Shown here one piece after another: positions 50,468 through 63,104 of a DNA stretch of 64,000 nt (position 1 is its first letter; every line of letters starts with the position of its first letter). Position numbers and translations under genes: made by a program. The notes below the pieces were generated by a model. The model did not search any database. It saw only the letters and a list, made by a program, of their open reading frames with translations, and was not told where the DNA came from. Origin of the DNA: Malacoraja senta (taxonomy: Eukaryota); the NCBI GenBank assembly GCA_038087875.1, contig CM075991.1, forward strand, positions 13,456,001-13,520,000. The letters run 5' to 3'.

Positions 50468-51690
50468 TTCAAGATTCAAGAGATTCAAGAGAGTTTTTTG
50501 TCGTGTCCCAGATAGGACAATGAAATTCTTGCTTTGCTTCAGCACAACAGAATATAGACGGCATGAATACCGAACAGATCGGTGTGTCCATATACCATTA
50601 TATAAATATATACACACATAAATAAATAAACAGATAAAGTGCAAATAAACAGATAATGGTCTATTAATGTTCACAGTTTAGTTTGAGTTGAGTTTAATAG
50701 CCTGATAGTTGTGGGGAAGTAGCTATTCCTGAACCTGGACGTTGCCGTCTTCAGGCTCCTGTACCTGCTACCAGAAGGTAGCGGGGAAATGAGTGTGTGG
50801 CCAGGATGGTGTGGGTCCTTGATGATGCTGCCAGCCTTTTTGAGGCAGCGACAGCGATAGATCCCCTCGATGGTAGGGAGGTCAGAGCCATGATGGACTG
50901 GCAGTGTTTACTGCTTTTTGCAGTCTTTTCCGCTCCTGAGCGCTCAAGTTGCCGAACCAAGCCACGATGCAACCGGTCAGCATGCTCTCTACTGTGCACC
51001 TGTAGAAGTTAGAGAGAGTCCTCCTTGACAAACCGACTCTCCGTAATCTTCTCAGGAAGTAGAGGCGCTGATGTGCTTTCTTTATAATTGCATCAGTGTT
51101 CTCGCACCAGGAGAGATCTTCAGAGATGTGCACACCCAGGAATTTGAAGCTCTTGACCTTTTCCACCATCGACCCGTTGATATAAACGGGACTGTGGGTC
51201 CGCATCCTATCTCTTCCAAAGTCCACAATCAGTTTCTTTGATTCCAGCACAATAACCTGTTGAGGGCCAGGTTATTGTGCTGGCACCATTTGGTCAGTCG
51301 GTTGATCTCTCTTCTATACTCGGACTCGTCCCCATCAGTGATACGTCCCACAACAGTGGTGTCGTCCGCAAACTTGATGATGGAGTTCGCAATATGACTG
51401 GCTACGCAGTCATGAGTATAGAGTGAGTACAGCAGGGGGCTGAGCACGCAGCCTTGAGATGCTCCTGTGCTGATTGTTATTGAGGCTGACACATTTCCAC
51501 CAATACGAACAGTCTGTGGTCTGTGAATGAGGAAGTCGAGGATCCACTTGCAGAGACCCAGTTCTGCGAATTTGGTAACCAGCTTGGAGGGGATGATTGT
51601 ATTAAATGCCGAGTTATAATCAATGAATAACAGCCTGACATGTGAGTTTTTGTTGTTCAAGTGGTCCAGAGCGGAGTGGAGAGCCAGTGA
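50468..51690 (-). mobile_element. Rex1/Babar-like LINE, 5'-truncated and frameshifted, nested in an older related copy (50220-51980)
   Basis: RLLFIDYNSAFNTIIP, GASQGCVLSPLLYSLYTHDC, KFADDTTVVG, KKAHQRLYFLRRL; tandem ttcaaga tail at 50468-50493. Confidence 0.9.
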
Positions 51691-53156
51691 GCTCCACAAC
51701 AGATCATTTCTTATTGTCTTGAGCAGAGATGTTCCCAAACCAACCTGTGATGCAACCCATTGGTACTGTATGCTTTCTACAATGCATCTGTAGATGTTTG
51801 TGAGAGTCATTGGAGACATGCTGAGATTTCTCAGTCCACTGAGGAAGTAGAAGTGTTGGTGTGCTTATCTTTGGCTGTAGTTTCAGTGGGGTTAAACAAG
51901 GATTGATGGTTGGGAATATTTACGCTGAAGTACCTGAAGCTCTCAACCATTTCCACTTTGGTGCCATTGATGCTGATTGGGGCAGGACTCCACCAACACA
52001 TCCCACTATTACACGCTACACCAGGAGTTTTTCTTCTCTGCAATGATCTTTGATGCAACATCTTAACAAATATTTTCTGGAAAACTAAGTGTACTACATT
52101 GATTGATCCCATTTATCCAGAAGCTCTCTTACTGAAGAGCCAACAAGTGAGGCCATGTCAATCAGTGCTAACTAAGGCCTCAACTTTTTGCTCGTGTTAA
52201 TCATTAAAAAAACTCCAGTAAATTGGTCAAACATGACTTCCCTTTCACAAAACCACACTGACCTTCATTGATTACCTTGAATTTTCTTTTAATAATACTC
52301 ATGACACTTGCCTTCTGACAGATTATACGCTTGCAGTTTCCAGCTTTATGTTGAAGAAAAGCGTTACTTTTGCTACTTTTGTCCAATTCACCTTCAAACA
52401 ATAGAAGAATATCTGATCATATTTTTACAATCCTACTTGCAAGACACCCAATTTGATAGCTCTTGCCAAGATGACTATGTTTAATTAGCTGTGAAGAATT
52501 TCAGGGAACCGCAGTGATGGGACACCTACTATATTAATGCAACTTTTATGTTATGAAATAGATTATCCCTGTGAACACTGAGAAGAAATTATTGAATTGT
52601 ACACTTAGAACATAGGACATGTAATTTGTCAACCATGTCGGATGTTATAAGGACTGCTGTAATGACAGTCGAGGATGTTATCTGTAACTGTATCTGTTAG
52701 TCACTATCTGCATTATATGGCACTGGTGTCATGATAACAGAGGCTGTACCTGTAACTGAAATGACTTTCTTGTAAATGTATAATAAAGATGACATTGTGC
52801 ACTGGCAATTCATTGGCCATAAAGTTTTGAAAGAATAATACATATCTTAATCAAGCCTTTTGAAATAGAAGCTAGCTCATCTGAGATGAGATATTTGCAT
52901 ATTTCCTTGTGACATAGTGGCAGATATTTGGTCAATGTTGATCCATCTCATAGTATCATGGAATCATTGAGGCATGTAGCACAGAACAAGTCAATCAGCC
53001 AATCCTGTCCATGCCAGCCAATGAGTACCCATCTCCATTTACTGATGTTTGGCCTGTAATCTTGAAATACTCATCTAGATTCCTCTTGAATGTCATTACA
53101 GTATCTCTCTCCACCATCTCCAGAAGCAATGGATTCCAGATTCGGACAGTATTGGA

Positions 53157-53400
53157 CAGCATAATGGTAGATCGGTGGAGTTGCTGTCTGTCAGCACCAA
53201 AGGCCCAGGTTAGATCCTAACTACGGCTGCTGCCCATACAGAATTTATATATTCTCCATGTGATTGCGTGGGTTTTCCCCGGGTGCTCAGGTTTCCTCCC
53301 ACATTCCAGGGATGTATGGGTTTGTTGGTTAATTGGCTTCTGTAAACTGTTCCAAGTGTACGGGTGATCGATGGTTGGCTGGGGCTCCAAGGGCCCTTGT
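53157..53400 (+). mobile_element. Degenerate V-domain SINE
   Basis: gcgtgggttttccccgggtgctcaggtttcctcccacattcc core. Confidence 0.7.
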
Positions 53401-54140
53401 TCAGTTCAGTTCAGTTTAATTGCTTTTGTTGCATGCTAACCAGCCCATAGAAAGACAAGCCATTACAGTGTATAGGTGCATGATAAGGGAATAACGTTTC
53501 GTGCAAGGTTAAGCCAGCAAAGTCCGATCAAGGATAGTCCAAGGATCACCGAAGAGGTAGATAGTAGTTCAGCACTGCTCTCTGGTTGTGGTAGGATGAT
53601 TCAGTTGCCAATAGAGTCAATAAAGGGAGGTTGGTTTGTGTGACGGTCTGGGCTGTGTCTCCAATTCGCTGCAATTTATTGCGGTCTTGGATGGAGCTGT
53701 TTCCAAACCAAGTTGTGATGCATCCTGATAAAATGCTTTCGATGCAATCACTATCTCCTTTGTCTTCCCGACATTGAGAGAAAGGTTGTTGTCTCGATAC
53801 CAGGACACGAGGTTCTCAATCTCATTCCTTGTAGTCCATCTCATCATTATTTGATATCCGGCCCACGATGGTGGTGTCGTCTGCGAATTTGAAAATGGAA
53901 TTAGATTTGTACTTGGCTGCAGAGTCGTGGGTGTACAAGGAGTAAGGAATGGGGCTGAGAACACATCCTTGCAGAGCGCCAGTGTTGAGGATTATTGTGG
54001 AGGATGATTTGTCCCCTATCCTCATGGATTGGGGTCTGTTGGTCAGGAAATCGAGGATTCATTTGCAGAGATGAGTGCTGACACCGTCCTGCAAGTTTGG
54101 TGATGAGCTTGGATGGTGTAATGGTGTGAAAGGCAGAGCT
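53400..54140 (-). mobile_element. Rex1-like LINE fragment with deletions
   Basis: [21 protein letters not shown]...[18 protein letters not shown]; (TTCAG)n tail at ~53400. Confidence 0.85.
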
Positions 54141-54689
54141 GTCTAAGACCGTTTACACGCTGTATCTCTTAAGTATTTTAAACTAAGATTCCAACTACCC
54201 TCATGGCCAATAGAACCCTTTTTCTACAAACCTTTGAATGCTACTGTAAACCTATGCGCTCTAGTCATGGACATGGCTGCTGAGGGAAGCTCATCATGCA
54301 TGCCCCTCATTTTGTATCCTCCATGTCCTCAACTAGCTCCACTCCATGAAAAACTATCTAATCTCTCCTCATAAATCAAACACTCCATCCTAGGTAATAT
54401 TCTGATGAATCCAGGCTGCACCCTTTCCAGTTCAATCACACCTTCCTATAGTGTGGTGATAAGAATGACACACACTACTCCAAAGATAGACATAAAGTGC
54501 TGGAGTAACTCAGTGGGTCAGGCAGCATGATGGGAGAACACGGATAGCTTACATTTCGGGTAGGAACCCTCCTTCAATGTAAGCTATCCGTGTTCCTCCA
54601 TCATGCTGCAGACCCACAGAGTTCTTCTCCAGCACTTTTATGTCTATCTTTGAGAGTAGTGTGTGTCATTCTTATCACACACTATAGGA

Positions 54690-55515
54690 AAGAGTGTGTT
54701 GCAACTGGAAAGGGTAGCAGAGAAGATTTATGAGGATGTTGCCAAGGGGAGAGGGTGTGAGCTATATGGAGAGGTGTTGAGTAGGCTGGGAATCTATTCC
54801 TTGGAGCGCAGGAGGATGAGAGGGTGATAGTGTATAAAATCATGAGAGGAATAGATTGGGTAGATGCACAGATTCTCTTGCCCAGAGTGGGTGAATCGAG
54901 GACCAAAGGACATAGGTTTCAGGTGAAGGGGAAAAGATTTAATAGGAATCTTGAGGGGTAATTTTTTTAAATTTATTATTATTACTTTTTTGGAGTGGGA
55001 GATTGCAACCTTCACGTGGTCCGCCCTGTGCGACTAATGCAATCAACTCGACGTGCACAAACGGAAGATCAAACAGAATAAGTTGTCCAACAACTTTAGG
55101 CTGTGCACGCCACACGAAAGATGAAGAAGAAGAAGAAGGGGTAATTTTTTCACACAAAATGTGGTGGGTGTATGGAACAAGCTGCCAGAGGAGGTAGTTG
55201 AGGCAGGGACCATCCCAACGTTTAAGATGTACAGGTACATGGATAGGACAGGTTTGGAGGGATATGGACCAAACATGGGCAGCTGGGACTAATGTAGATG
55301 GGACATGTTGGACAGAAGGCTTTGGAGGCCGAGTCAATAGATATTTTTAAGGCAGAGATAGATAGATTTTTGATTAGTACAAGTGTCAGAGGTTATGGGG
55401 AGAAGGCAGGAGAATGGGGTTAGGAGGGAGATTTAGATCACCCATGATTGAATGGCATTGTGGACTTGATGGGCCGAATGGCCTAATTCTACTTTTATCA
55501 CATAACCTTATGAAT
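54690..55515 (+). mobile_element. Degenerate CR1 3' fragments hosting a nested short retroposon
   Basis: LGIYSLERRRMR-like remnant and CR1 3' UTR at 55380-55515. Confidence 0.75.
54992..55136 (+). mobile_element. Short Vingi-like non-autonomous retroposon with a 5' HDV-like ribozyme fold and (GAA)n tail
   Basis: 14-bp TSD AGGGGTAATTTTTT at 54954-54967 and 55137-55150; nested double-pseudoknot pairings at 54992-55044. Confidence 0.8.
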
Positions 55516-56010
55516 GCACTTGATCCCAGCTGCCTATACCTATCCCATGCGTCCTACTTGTTGAATACGTCTAGGGACAACACCAATGTCCCTCTGCTAC
55601 AATAGAACACAGCAGGGCAGGCAGAGATTAGTTTATCTTGGCATCATGTTTGGCAGAGACATTGTGGGCCGAAGGGCCTATAATTGTGTTGTCTGCTCTA
55701 TAGAACAGTTTTACATAGTATAGAACAGCACAGATGTCTGGAGAAGGGTCTCGACCCTAAACGTCACCCATTCCTTCTCTCCAGAGATGCTGCCTGTCCC
55801 ACTGAGTTACTCGAGCAATTTGTGTCTACTTTCGATTTAAACCAGCATCTGCAGTTATTTCCTACACAGCACAGATGTCTATACGTTGTGAACTGTACAG
55901 ATGTATTTACATTATGTAGAACAGCATCGTCAGATGGTGATTGAGGACATCGTCCATTGATAAATTCCCCTCCAAATTATTTGGTCTGTTTGCCCGCCCT
56001 CTCCCCGTTA

Positions 56011-56117
56011 AGGGCCTGTCGCACTTACGCGACCTTTACAGGCGACTGCTGGCCAAAATTTTCAACATGACGTGTGCCGGCAGTCGCCTGTAAAGGTCGC
56101 GAAGTGGGACAGGCCCT
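56011..56117. mobile_element. 107-bp Harbinger-type MITE
   Basis: TTA|AGGGCCTGTCGCACTT...AAGTGGGACAGGCCCT|TTA; inner arms gcgacctttacaggcgactg / cagtcgcctgtaaaggtcgc. Confidence 0.88.
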
Positions 56118-56199
56118 TTACATATCACTTGTAAAACAGGTCTTGAACACGCACCAGCTGTCCTTTAAATAATCAGCTGGGATTTTACTCATTCTCACT

Positions 56200-56574
56200 C
56201 AACTTGGACGGACGGTGAGGGACAGCGGCGTGTGCGCGGAGAGCGGCCCTTCCCCGGGGGAGAGGGGCAGAGAGGTGGGAGGGAACAGGCAGAGAGGGAC
56301 GGGGAAAGGCGAGAGAGGGAGGAGAGGGTGAGAGGGGCGGAGAGGCGGGAGGCGGGGATGACGGCACACCCACAGCGGGCGGCCAATAGCCGGGCAATGG
56401 CAACAGGATGGTGTGACGTGAGGCGGAGGCTGGGCTGAGCCAGAGATGGAATGAGCAACATTTCACTAAAATAGGAAGCCGGCATCTCGCCCCAGCAGTG
56501 AAGCATCGTCTCATCGCCCAGAGTTAGTGCCGTGGAACAGAACGGAGTTTCAGCCTCCACGTTATAAAACCAAG
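56200..56574 (+). promoter_or_regulatory. HK2 CpG-island promoter and 5' UTR
   Basis: GC boxes (GGGGCGG 56334-56340), CCAAT 56383-56387, CRE-like TGACGTGA 56414-56421, high CpG density directly upstream of the HK2 ATG. Confidence 0.75.
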
Positions 56575-56637
56575 ATGATCGCTTCTCATCTCATCGCGTA
56601 TTTCTTCACGCAACTGAAGCATGACCAACTGCAGAAG
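56575..56637 (+). CDS. HK2: Hexokinase 2, first coding exon (mitochondrial-binding N-terminal helix)
   Basis: MIASHLIAYFFTQLKHDQLQK followed by a phase-0 GT donor at 56638. Matches recalled HK2 [21 protein letters not shown] (63-nt coding exon 1) better than HK1 MIAAQLLAYYF. Confidence 0.92.
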
Positions 56638-57224
56638 GTGTGAATTCCCTCATGCTTACTATAGTTTGGTAAAGATCTAAGAACATCCTGTCGTCAGAAC
56701 AGGCTCGGTATTTCCTTTAAAATAATTCATTTTAATAGTCTGCGGTGACAATGTGTTTTGGGATTTGCAGCGAATGGGCAAGTTGTTTCGGAGTTTCCGT
56801 TGCGCGTGTGAGTTGGTGTGTACTCTATGAGCAGAGGGTAGGGGTGGAAGTGATTGGGGGGATCTGCGTTTTAAAGACTTTTCAGTAAATACAACTTTGA
56901 CCGATTTGACTAAAGTGGCAGGTATGTGGTTTCATCAGGTTGTGAGAATGCGGAACTCCGCGCGAGATTCATTCCTGTGAGTTGCGAGGAGACGGAATGA
57001 ATGAAAAGGTTTCGTGTCGTTTAGTCGCCAACAGTCCATATGGCGAGTTGTCTTTGTGAAACAAATACTGTGAATCCCCGGGGCTTCTGAAGAACGATTG
57101 GTTCTCGGCTTTATCTTCCGTGGCTCGAGTAATTATGTTGACTAGGTGCAAGTCTTCAGAACCAATGTTCCTCCAACGAGACACAAGGTCTATCTCCACA
57201 TCTCCAGGAATAATTAAAAAAAAA

Positions 57225-57420
57225 GCTGGAGTAACTCAGCGGGACAGGCAGCATCTATGGAGAGAAGGAATGGTGACGATTCAGGTCGAGACCTTTCCCA
57301 TAATTACTCGATCCGAAACGTCACCCATTCTCTCCAGAGATGCTGCCTGTCCCGCTGAGTTACTCCAGCATTTTGTGTCTATCTTGGGTTTAAACCAGCA
57401 TCTGCAGTTCCTTCTTACGC
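57225..57420. repeat. Inverted pair of Penelope-terminus-derived short repeats (family also at ~3065, 3666, 5600-5840, 10488, 14130, 15765, 39007, 41100, 47298, 55738)
   Basis: gctggagtaactcagcgggacaggcagcatct and its reverse complement. Confidence 0.75.
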
Positions 57421-57422
57421 AT

Positions 57423-58912
57423 TAGAAACATAGAAAATAGGTGCCGGAGTAGGCCATTCGGCCCTTCGAGCCTGCACCGCCATTTGATATGATCATGGCT
57501 GATCATCCAACTTAGTATCCCATCCCTGCCTTCTCTCCATACCCCCTGATCCCTTTAGCCACAAGGGCCACATCTAACTCCCTCTTAAATATAGCCAATG
57601 AACTGGCCTCAACTACCTTCTGTGGCAGAGAATTCCACAGATTCACCACTCTCTGTGTAAAAAATGATTTCCTCATCTCGGTCCAAAAAGTCTTCCCTCT
57701 TATCCTTAAACTGTGACCTCTATTTCTGGACTTCCCCAACATCGGGAATAATCTTCCTGCATCTAGCCTGTCTAACCCCTTAAGAATTTTGTAAGTTTCT
57801 ATAAGATCCCCCCTCAGTCTTCTGAATTCCAACGTGTACAAACCGAGTCTATCCAGTCTTTCCTCATATGAAAGTCCTGCCATCCCAGGAATCAGTCTGA
57901 TGAACCTTCTCTGTACTCCCTCTATGGCAAGAATGTCTTTCCTCAGATTAGGAGACCAAAACTGTACGCAATACTCCAGGTGTGGTCTCACCAAGACCCT
58001 GTACAACTGCAGTAGAACCTCCCTGCTCTTATACTCAAATCCTTTTGCTATGAATGCTAACATACCATTTGCTTTCTTCACTGCCTGCTGCACCTGCATT
58101 CCTACTTTCAATGACTGGTGTACCATGACACCCAGGTCTCGTTGCATCTCCCCTTTTCCTAATCGGCCACCATTCAGATTATAGTCTACTTTCCTGTTTT
58201 TGCCACCAAAGTGGATAACCTCACATTTATCCACATTATACTGCATCTGCCATGCCTTTGACCACTCACCCAACCTATCCAGGTCACCGTGCAGCCTCCT
58301 AGCATCCTCCTCACAGCTAACACTGCCCCCCAGCTTCGTGTCATCCGCAAACTTGGAGATGTTGCATTCAATTCCCTCATCCAGATCATTAATATATATT
58401 GTAAATAGCTGGGGTCCCAGCACTGAGCCTTGCGGTACCCCACTAGTCACTGCCTGCCATTCTGAAAAGGACCCGTTTACTCCTACTCTTTGCTTCCTGT
58501 CTGCCAGCCAGTTCTCTATCCACATCAATACTGAACCCCCAATACCATATGCTTTAAGTTTGTATACTAATCTCTTATGTGGGACCTTGTCGAAAGCCTT
58601 CTGAAAGTCCAGATATAACACATCCACTGGTTCTCCCTTATCCACTCTACTAGTTACATCCTCGAAAAATTCTATAAGATTCGTCAGACACGATTTACCT
58701 TGCATAAATCCATGCTGACTTTGTCCAATGAACTCACCACTTTCCAAATGTGCTGCTATCCCATCTTTAATAACTAACTCCTGAATTTTCACCACCACCG
58801 ATGTTAGACTAACTGGTCTGTAATTCCCCGTTTTCTCTCTCCCTTTTTAAAAAGTGGGGTTACATTAGCTACCCTCCAGTCCTCAGGAACTACTCCAGAA
58901 TCTAAAGAGTTT
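57423..58912 (-). mobile_element. CR1-clade LINE, 5'-truncated, with a 428-aa open RT/C-terminal ORF, in HK2 intron 1
   Basis: Same motifs and family as 9005-10400. Confidence 0.95.
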
Positions 58913-59700
58913 TAGATTCATCCTTCATCCTTTATCCTTTATCTGTGGGCGGCTTGATTGGATTCATGTCCAGTCTATCTTTAGCTGGATTGCACACAAA
59001 CAACCTCAGTACACCTTGCTCTTTGCTTTCCTTTACCTTTAAATATAATTTGTCTTTGCCTTTCACATGGTCTTTGTTGGTCTCTCCAAGTTCTGTTGTA
59101 CTTTCTTGTCACACTTCCCCTGCCAGCTGTTTGTCCTGTCACACTTCCCCTGCCAGATGTTTGTCCTGTCACACATGGAGTTGTTTCTTTGCACCTTTAA
59201 CCATGTTGTCTCATTTACAAGCCTGGCACAAGCCAGTGGCAGTAATGAGATCAGCCGCCAACTATTTGTAACACCAATGTTTGTTTGTAGAAACCTCTTA
59301 GTGGAAAGAGGGGGAAGGGTCAGCTGTCTGTGTGTAGTTGGGGCGTGGAGTTGTTCTGTTTTATCTCGTGTATGCAGAAGTTGCGCTTGCTATCGCTCTG
59401 TGAAATGTGCAGCCCATGCCCTTGTGTTGCAGACTGCATCTTCACATCAGCAACGGGCTGCAGTTCACAAGAATACTTGTCATCCTGCTCCTGAGACACA
59501 GAACAAACAGTCATTCCATGACAGTGTTGGACATGGACCATATCATAGCTAGCACATGAACAGGCCCTTCGGCCCAGTATTTCTGTGCTAACCATGATGT
59601 CAGTTTAAACAGATCCCAGCTGCCTGCATGTGGTCTGTATCCCTTGACCCTCTGTCTCTTCATGGGTCTGTCTACAAGCCTCTTTAAAGCTTCCATCATG

Positions 59701-61134
59701 TACCAAATTTATTAAATTTAATAGAGGAATTCGGGTCCTTTTCTGGATATAGAATAAACTGGAATAAAAGTGAAATTATGATGTTAAAACCACAAGAATC
59801 TACACACTTATTGAAGTTCCCCTTTAAAATTGCAACAGAAAAATTTAAATATTTGGGTATTCAAATTACTAGAAAATATAAAGCATTATTCAACGCTAAT
59901 TTTATACCTTTATTAAATAAACTCAATACGTTGATTGCATTTTGGAAAACACTTCCTTTATCATTAATAGGTAGAATAAACGCTATAAAAATGATTTTTC
60001 TACCACAATTATTATACCTATTTCAATCTATACCATTATATATACCAATATATATTTTTAAATTAGACTCTAATATTACTAATTTTATTTGGGATTATAG
60101 AACACACAGAATTTTAAAAAACCACTTATGTAAACCAAAGGATGTCGGGGGACTTTCACTCCCGATTTTTTTGTATTACTACTGGGCAGTGCATATTAAG
60201 AATATAATTTACTAGTTGGACAGTTCTACTCAACAGACAGAATGGATAAGAATGGAGAAAGAGGATTGTTTTCCTTGTAATATAGGAATGATCCTCTTCT
60301 CCCCGAAAAAACTGAACAACACAATATATAAGAAGAACCCAATTATACACGATACAATAAGAATTTGGAAACAAATAAAATGATCTCTAAAACTAAGAAA
60401 TTTATCATTGTTAATGCCAATAGCGAATAATCCTTTATTTAAACCATCTCTTATTGATAAAACATATAACCAATGGGAAAGAATGGGAATTAAAAGGATC
60501 AGTGATATGTATGAAATGGGAAATCTATTATCATTCCAACAATGACAATTACAATTTAAACTGAAAAAGAACCAATATTTTAAATATCTTCATATTTGCG
60601 ATTTCATGAAGAAATACATACAAGGATATCAAAAAACAGCTTTTGATTTACTGGAAGAAGCAATGAATATTAAGGCTGACACAGAAATTAATATCATATT
60701 TATATAATAGTATTTTAAATATAGACCTACCATCGACAGAGGTACTTAGAGAAGAGTGGGAACGGGAATTAATGACAAAAATTACGAAGGTTACATGGGA
60801 AAAGTATTTGATATATATACACAAATGTTCGATTAATGCAAGACATAATTTAATTCAATTTAAAATTTTACATAGATTATATTATTCAAAAACTAGATTG
60901 AATAAATGTTATCCAAATATATCCCCCATTTGTGATAAATGTCTATCCCAAAACGCAACTATAACACACTCTTTCGTTTCCTGCATAAAACGTTATAAAT
61001 TTTGGAGTGATATTTTTGAAATATGTACAAAATTATTCAAGATAAGAATGGAACCTAATACTTAAATGATTATATTTGGAGTAATGGAAGATGGGAATAA
61101 ATTGAACTCATCTCAAAATTTATTTTAAAATAAT

Positions 61135-61165
<31 letters not shown>

Positions 61166-62659
61166 TTCCGAACAAGTAAAGACATTAAAGACATTAATAT
61201 TAACAAAATCGAAATTATCAAACAATTGGACATTACAATCAATATTTACAAAGCAATGAGAATAACAAAATCAAAGTTCCAATGTCCAACTCTGTATCTG
61301 TACAAGCTCGAAAAGGAGTGAGAAGAATAACTTATTAAATCTCACCCCTTTTCCCCAACACTTCTACCATATTTAAAAATCAATTAATTACTAATAATAA
61401 TACTACCCTAGGCAATTTCCCATAATACCTACAGATATATATATACATACAACTATTATGTACATACAAACTTCATATCTGAAGTACCCAAACATAAGTA
61501 AACAATAGTAAAGCAAGATAAACATCAACCCCCACTTGTCAACCATCCCCTCCATCCCTGTACCCCTTGAGAATTATTTTTTTATATATCATTTTAAAAT
61601 GATTCATGTTTGTGCATTGCTTCAATTCCCCGTTCAATTTATTCCACACTCCTACTCCACAAACCGAAATACAAAAGGTTTTTCTAGTCGTACGGACTTT
61701 TTGTTTCTTAAAGTTAAATATTCCTCTTAAATTGTAACCCCCCACACGCTCGTTAAATAATTTTTGAATGTTTCCAGGTAAATTTTTATTTTTGGCCCTA
61801 AACATTATCTGAGCTGTTTTGAATGTAACCAAATCTTCTAATTTTAATAATTTTGACTCTAAAAATAATGGATTCGTATGACCCAGATACTTAGCATTAT
61901 GGATAATACGAATTGCTCTTTTTTGCATCATGGTTAATGAGTGTATCGAATTTTTATAATTATTACCCCAGACTTCTGCACAATAATTTAAGTAGGGTAA
62001 AATTAATGAACAATAAAGAATACGGAGTGATTTGTAATCCAGAGCTTGCTTGGCTTTGTATAATACAGAGATACTTTTTGACAATTTTAATTTTACATGT
62101 TTAATATGTGATTTCCAGCTTATTTTATCGTCAATTATAACCCCAAGAAATTTATTTTCATGCACTATTATGGTTTAATAATAGCAAAAAAACTAATACT
62201 TAAATTCTGGAAAAATACACCAATACCAACGCTTAAAATGTGGATTTCAAGTATGTTGGACACCGCACATCTTGAGGAAATGCGATTCCTCCTAATAGAT
62301 AAATCAGACCAATTCTTAACGAGTTGGTCTCCATTTGTCGTCTTTTTGGAATCATATGTTGCAACGCAATTGTAGAAATTAACTGTTCCAGGACTGGGTG
62401 AGGGATGGTCAAGATTAAAAATAATGATCTCCTTACTTTTCTTTTTTTTATTTCCTACTCTCTTTTTTCTATTTTCTCTTCTTCAATTTTCCTCTTTCAC
62501 TCTTTTTTTTTCTTTTTCACACACAATATACCTCATGTTTTTCTATCTTTTACTATCTACTTTCTTTTTCTTGTTTTTTATTATAATTTAAAAATTGGTG
62601 CCATATGATTGCACTTACTTCAAATAAAATAAAAATATATTTTTTTAAATTAAAAAAAA
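59701..62659 (+). mobile_element. L1-clade LINE, 5'-truncated and disrupted, with TSD
   Basis: FSGYRINWNKSE, FKYLGIQI, LPLSLIGRINAIKM, QFKILHRLY and C-terminal CDKC...H...C; A-rich tail; TSD AAAG(C/T)TTCCATCATG at 59686-59700 and 62657-62671. Confidence 0.92.
61130..62163 (-). mobile_element. Crack/L2-group LINE 3' fragment nested in the L1
   Basis: KFLGVIIDDKISWKSHI...LYCSLILPYLNYCAEVWG...QKRAIRII, 208 aa open; (TAAA)n tail at 61130-61167. Confidence 0.85.
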
Positions 62660-63104
62660 GTTTCCATCATGTCTGCTTGCACCACAGTGTGTTCCAGGCA
62701 CCACCATCACTGTTTTAAACATCTTGCTCCACACATTAACTTTCCCCCTTCTAGCCATGCCCTCTAGCCTTTGACATTTGCATCCTGGGGGTTAAGAGGT
62801 TCTGACCTTCCACCCTATCCATGTCTTTCATAATTTTATCAACCAGTCGAGTTTTTTCTCAGCGTCTGAAGCTCCAGAGAACCCAGTCCATGCTTGTCCA
62901 ACCTCACCTTGTAACCCATGGACAGATGCCATGAGTTGGAATCAGACCAGCTTGTCTTGTGTCTTGCCCCAAAATAATCGGGACTGAAACTCGCAGTAAT
63001 CTCTCCTGATGATGAAGAAATAAAGTAAAGATCCACATTTTGCTGTTGTGACAAACTCCACAAACTAAATGTTGGTTGGCAGATTATGAACTTGGCTATT
63101 CTAG

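Noticed and set aside
59106..59174. Short ~29-bp tandem duplication (similar one at 3950-4030)
   Set aside because: Ordinary slippage duplication with no further structure
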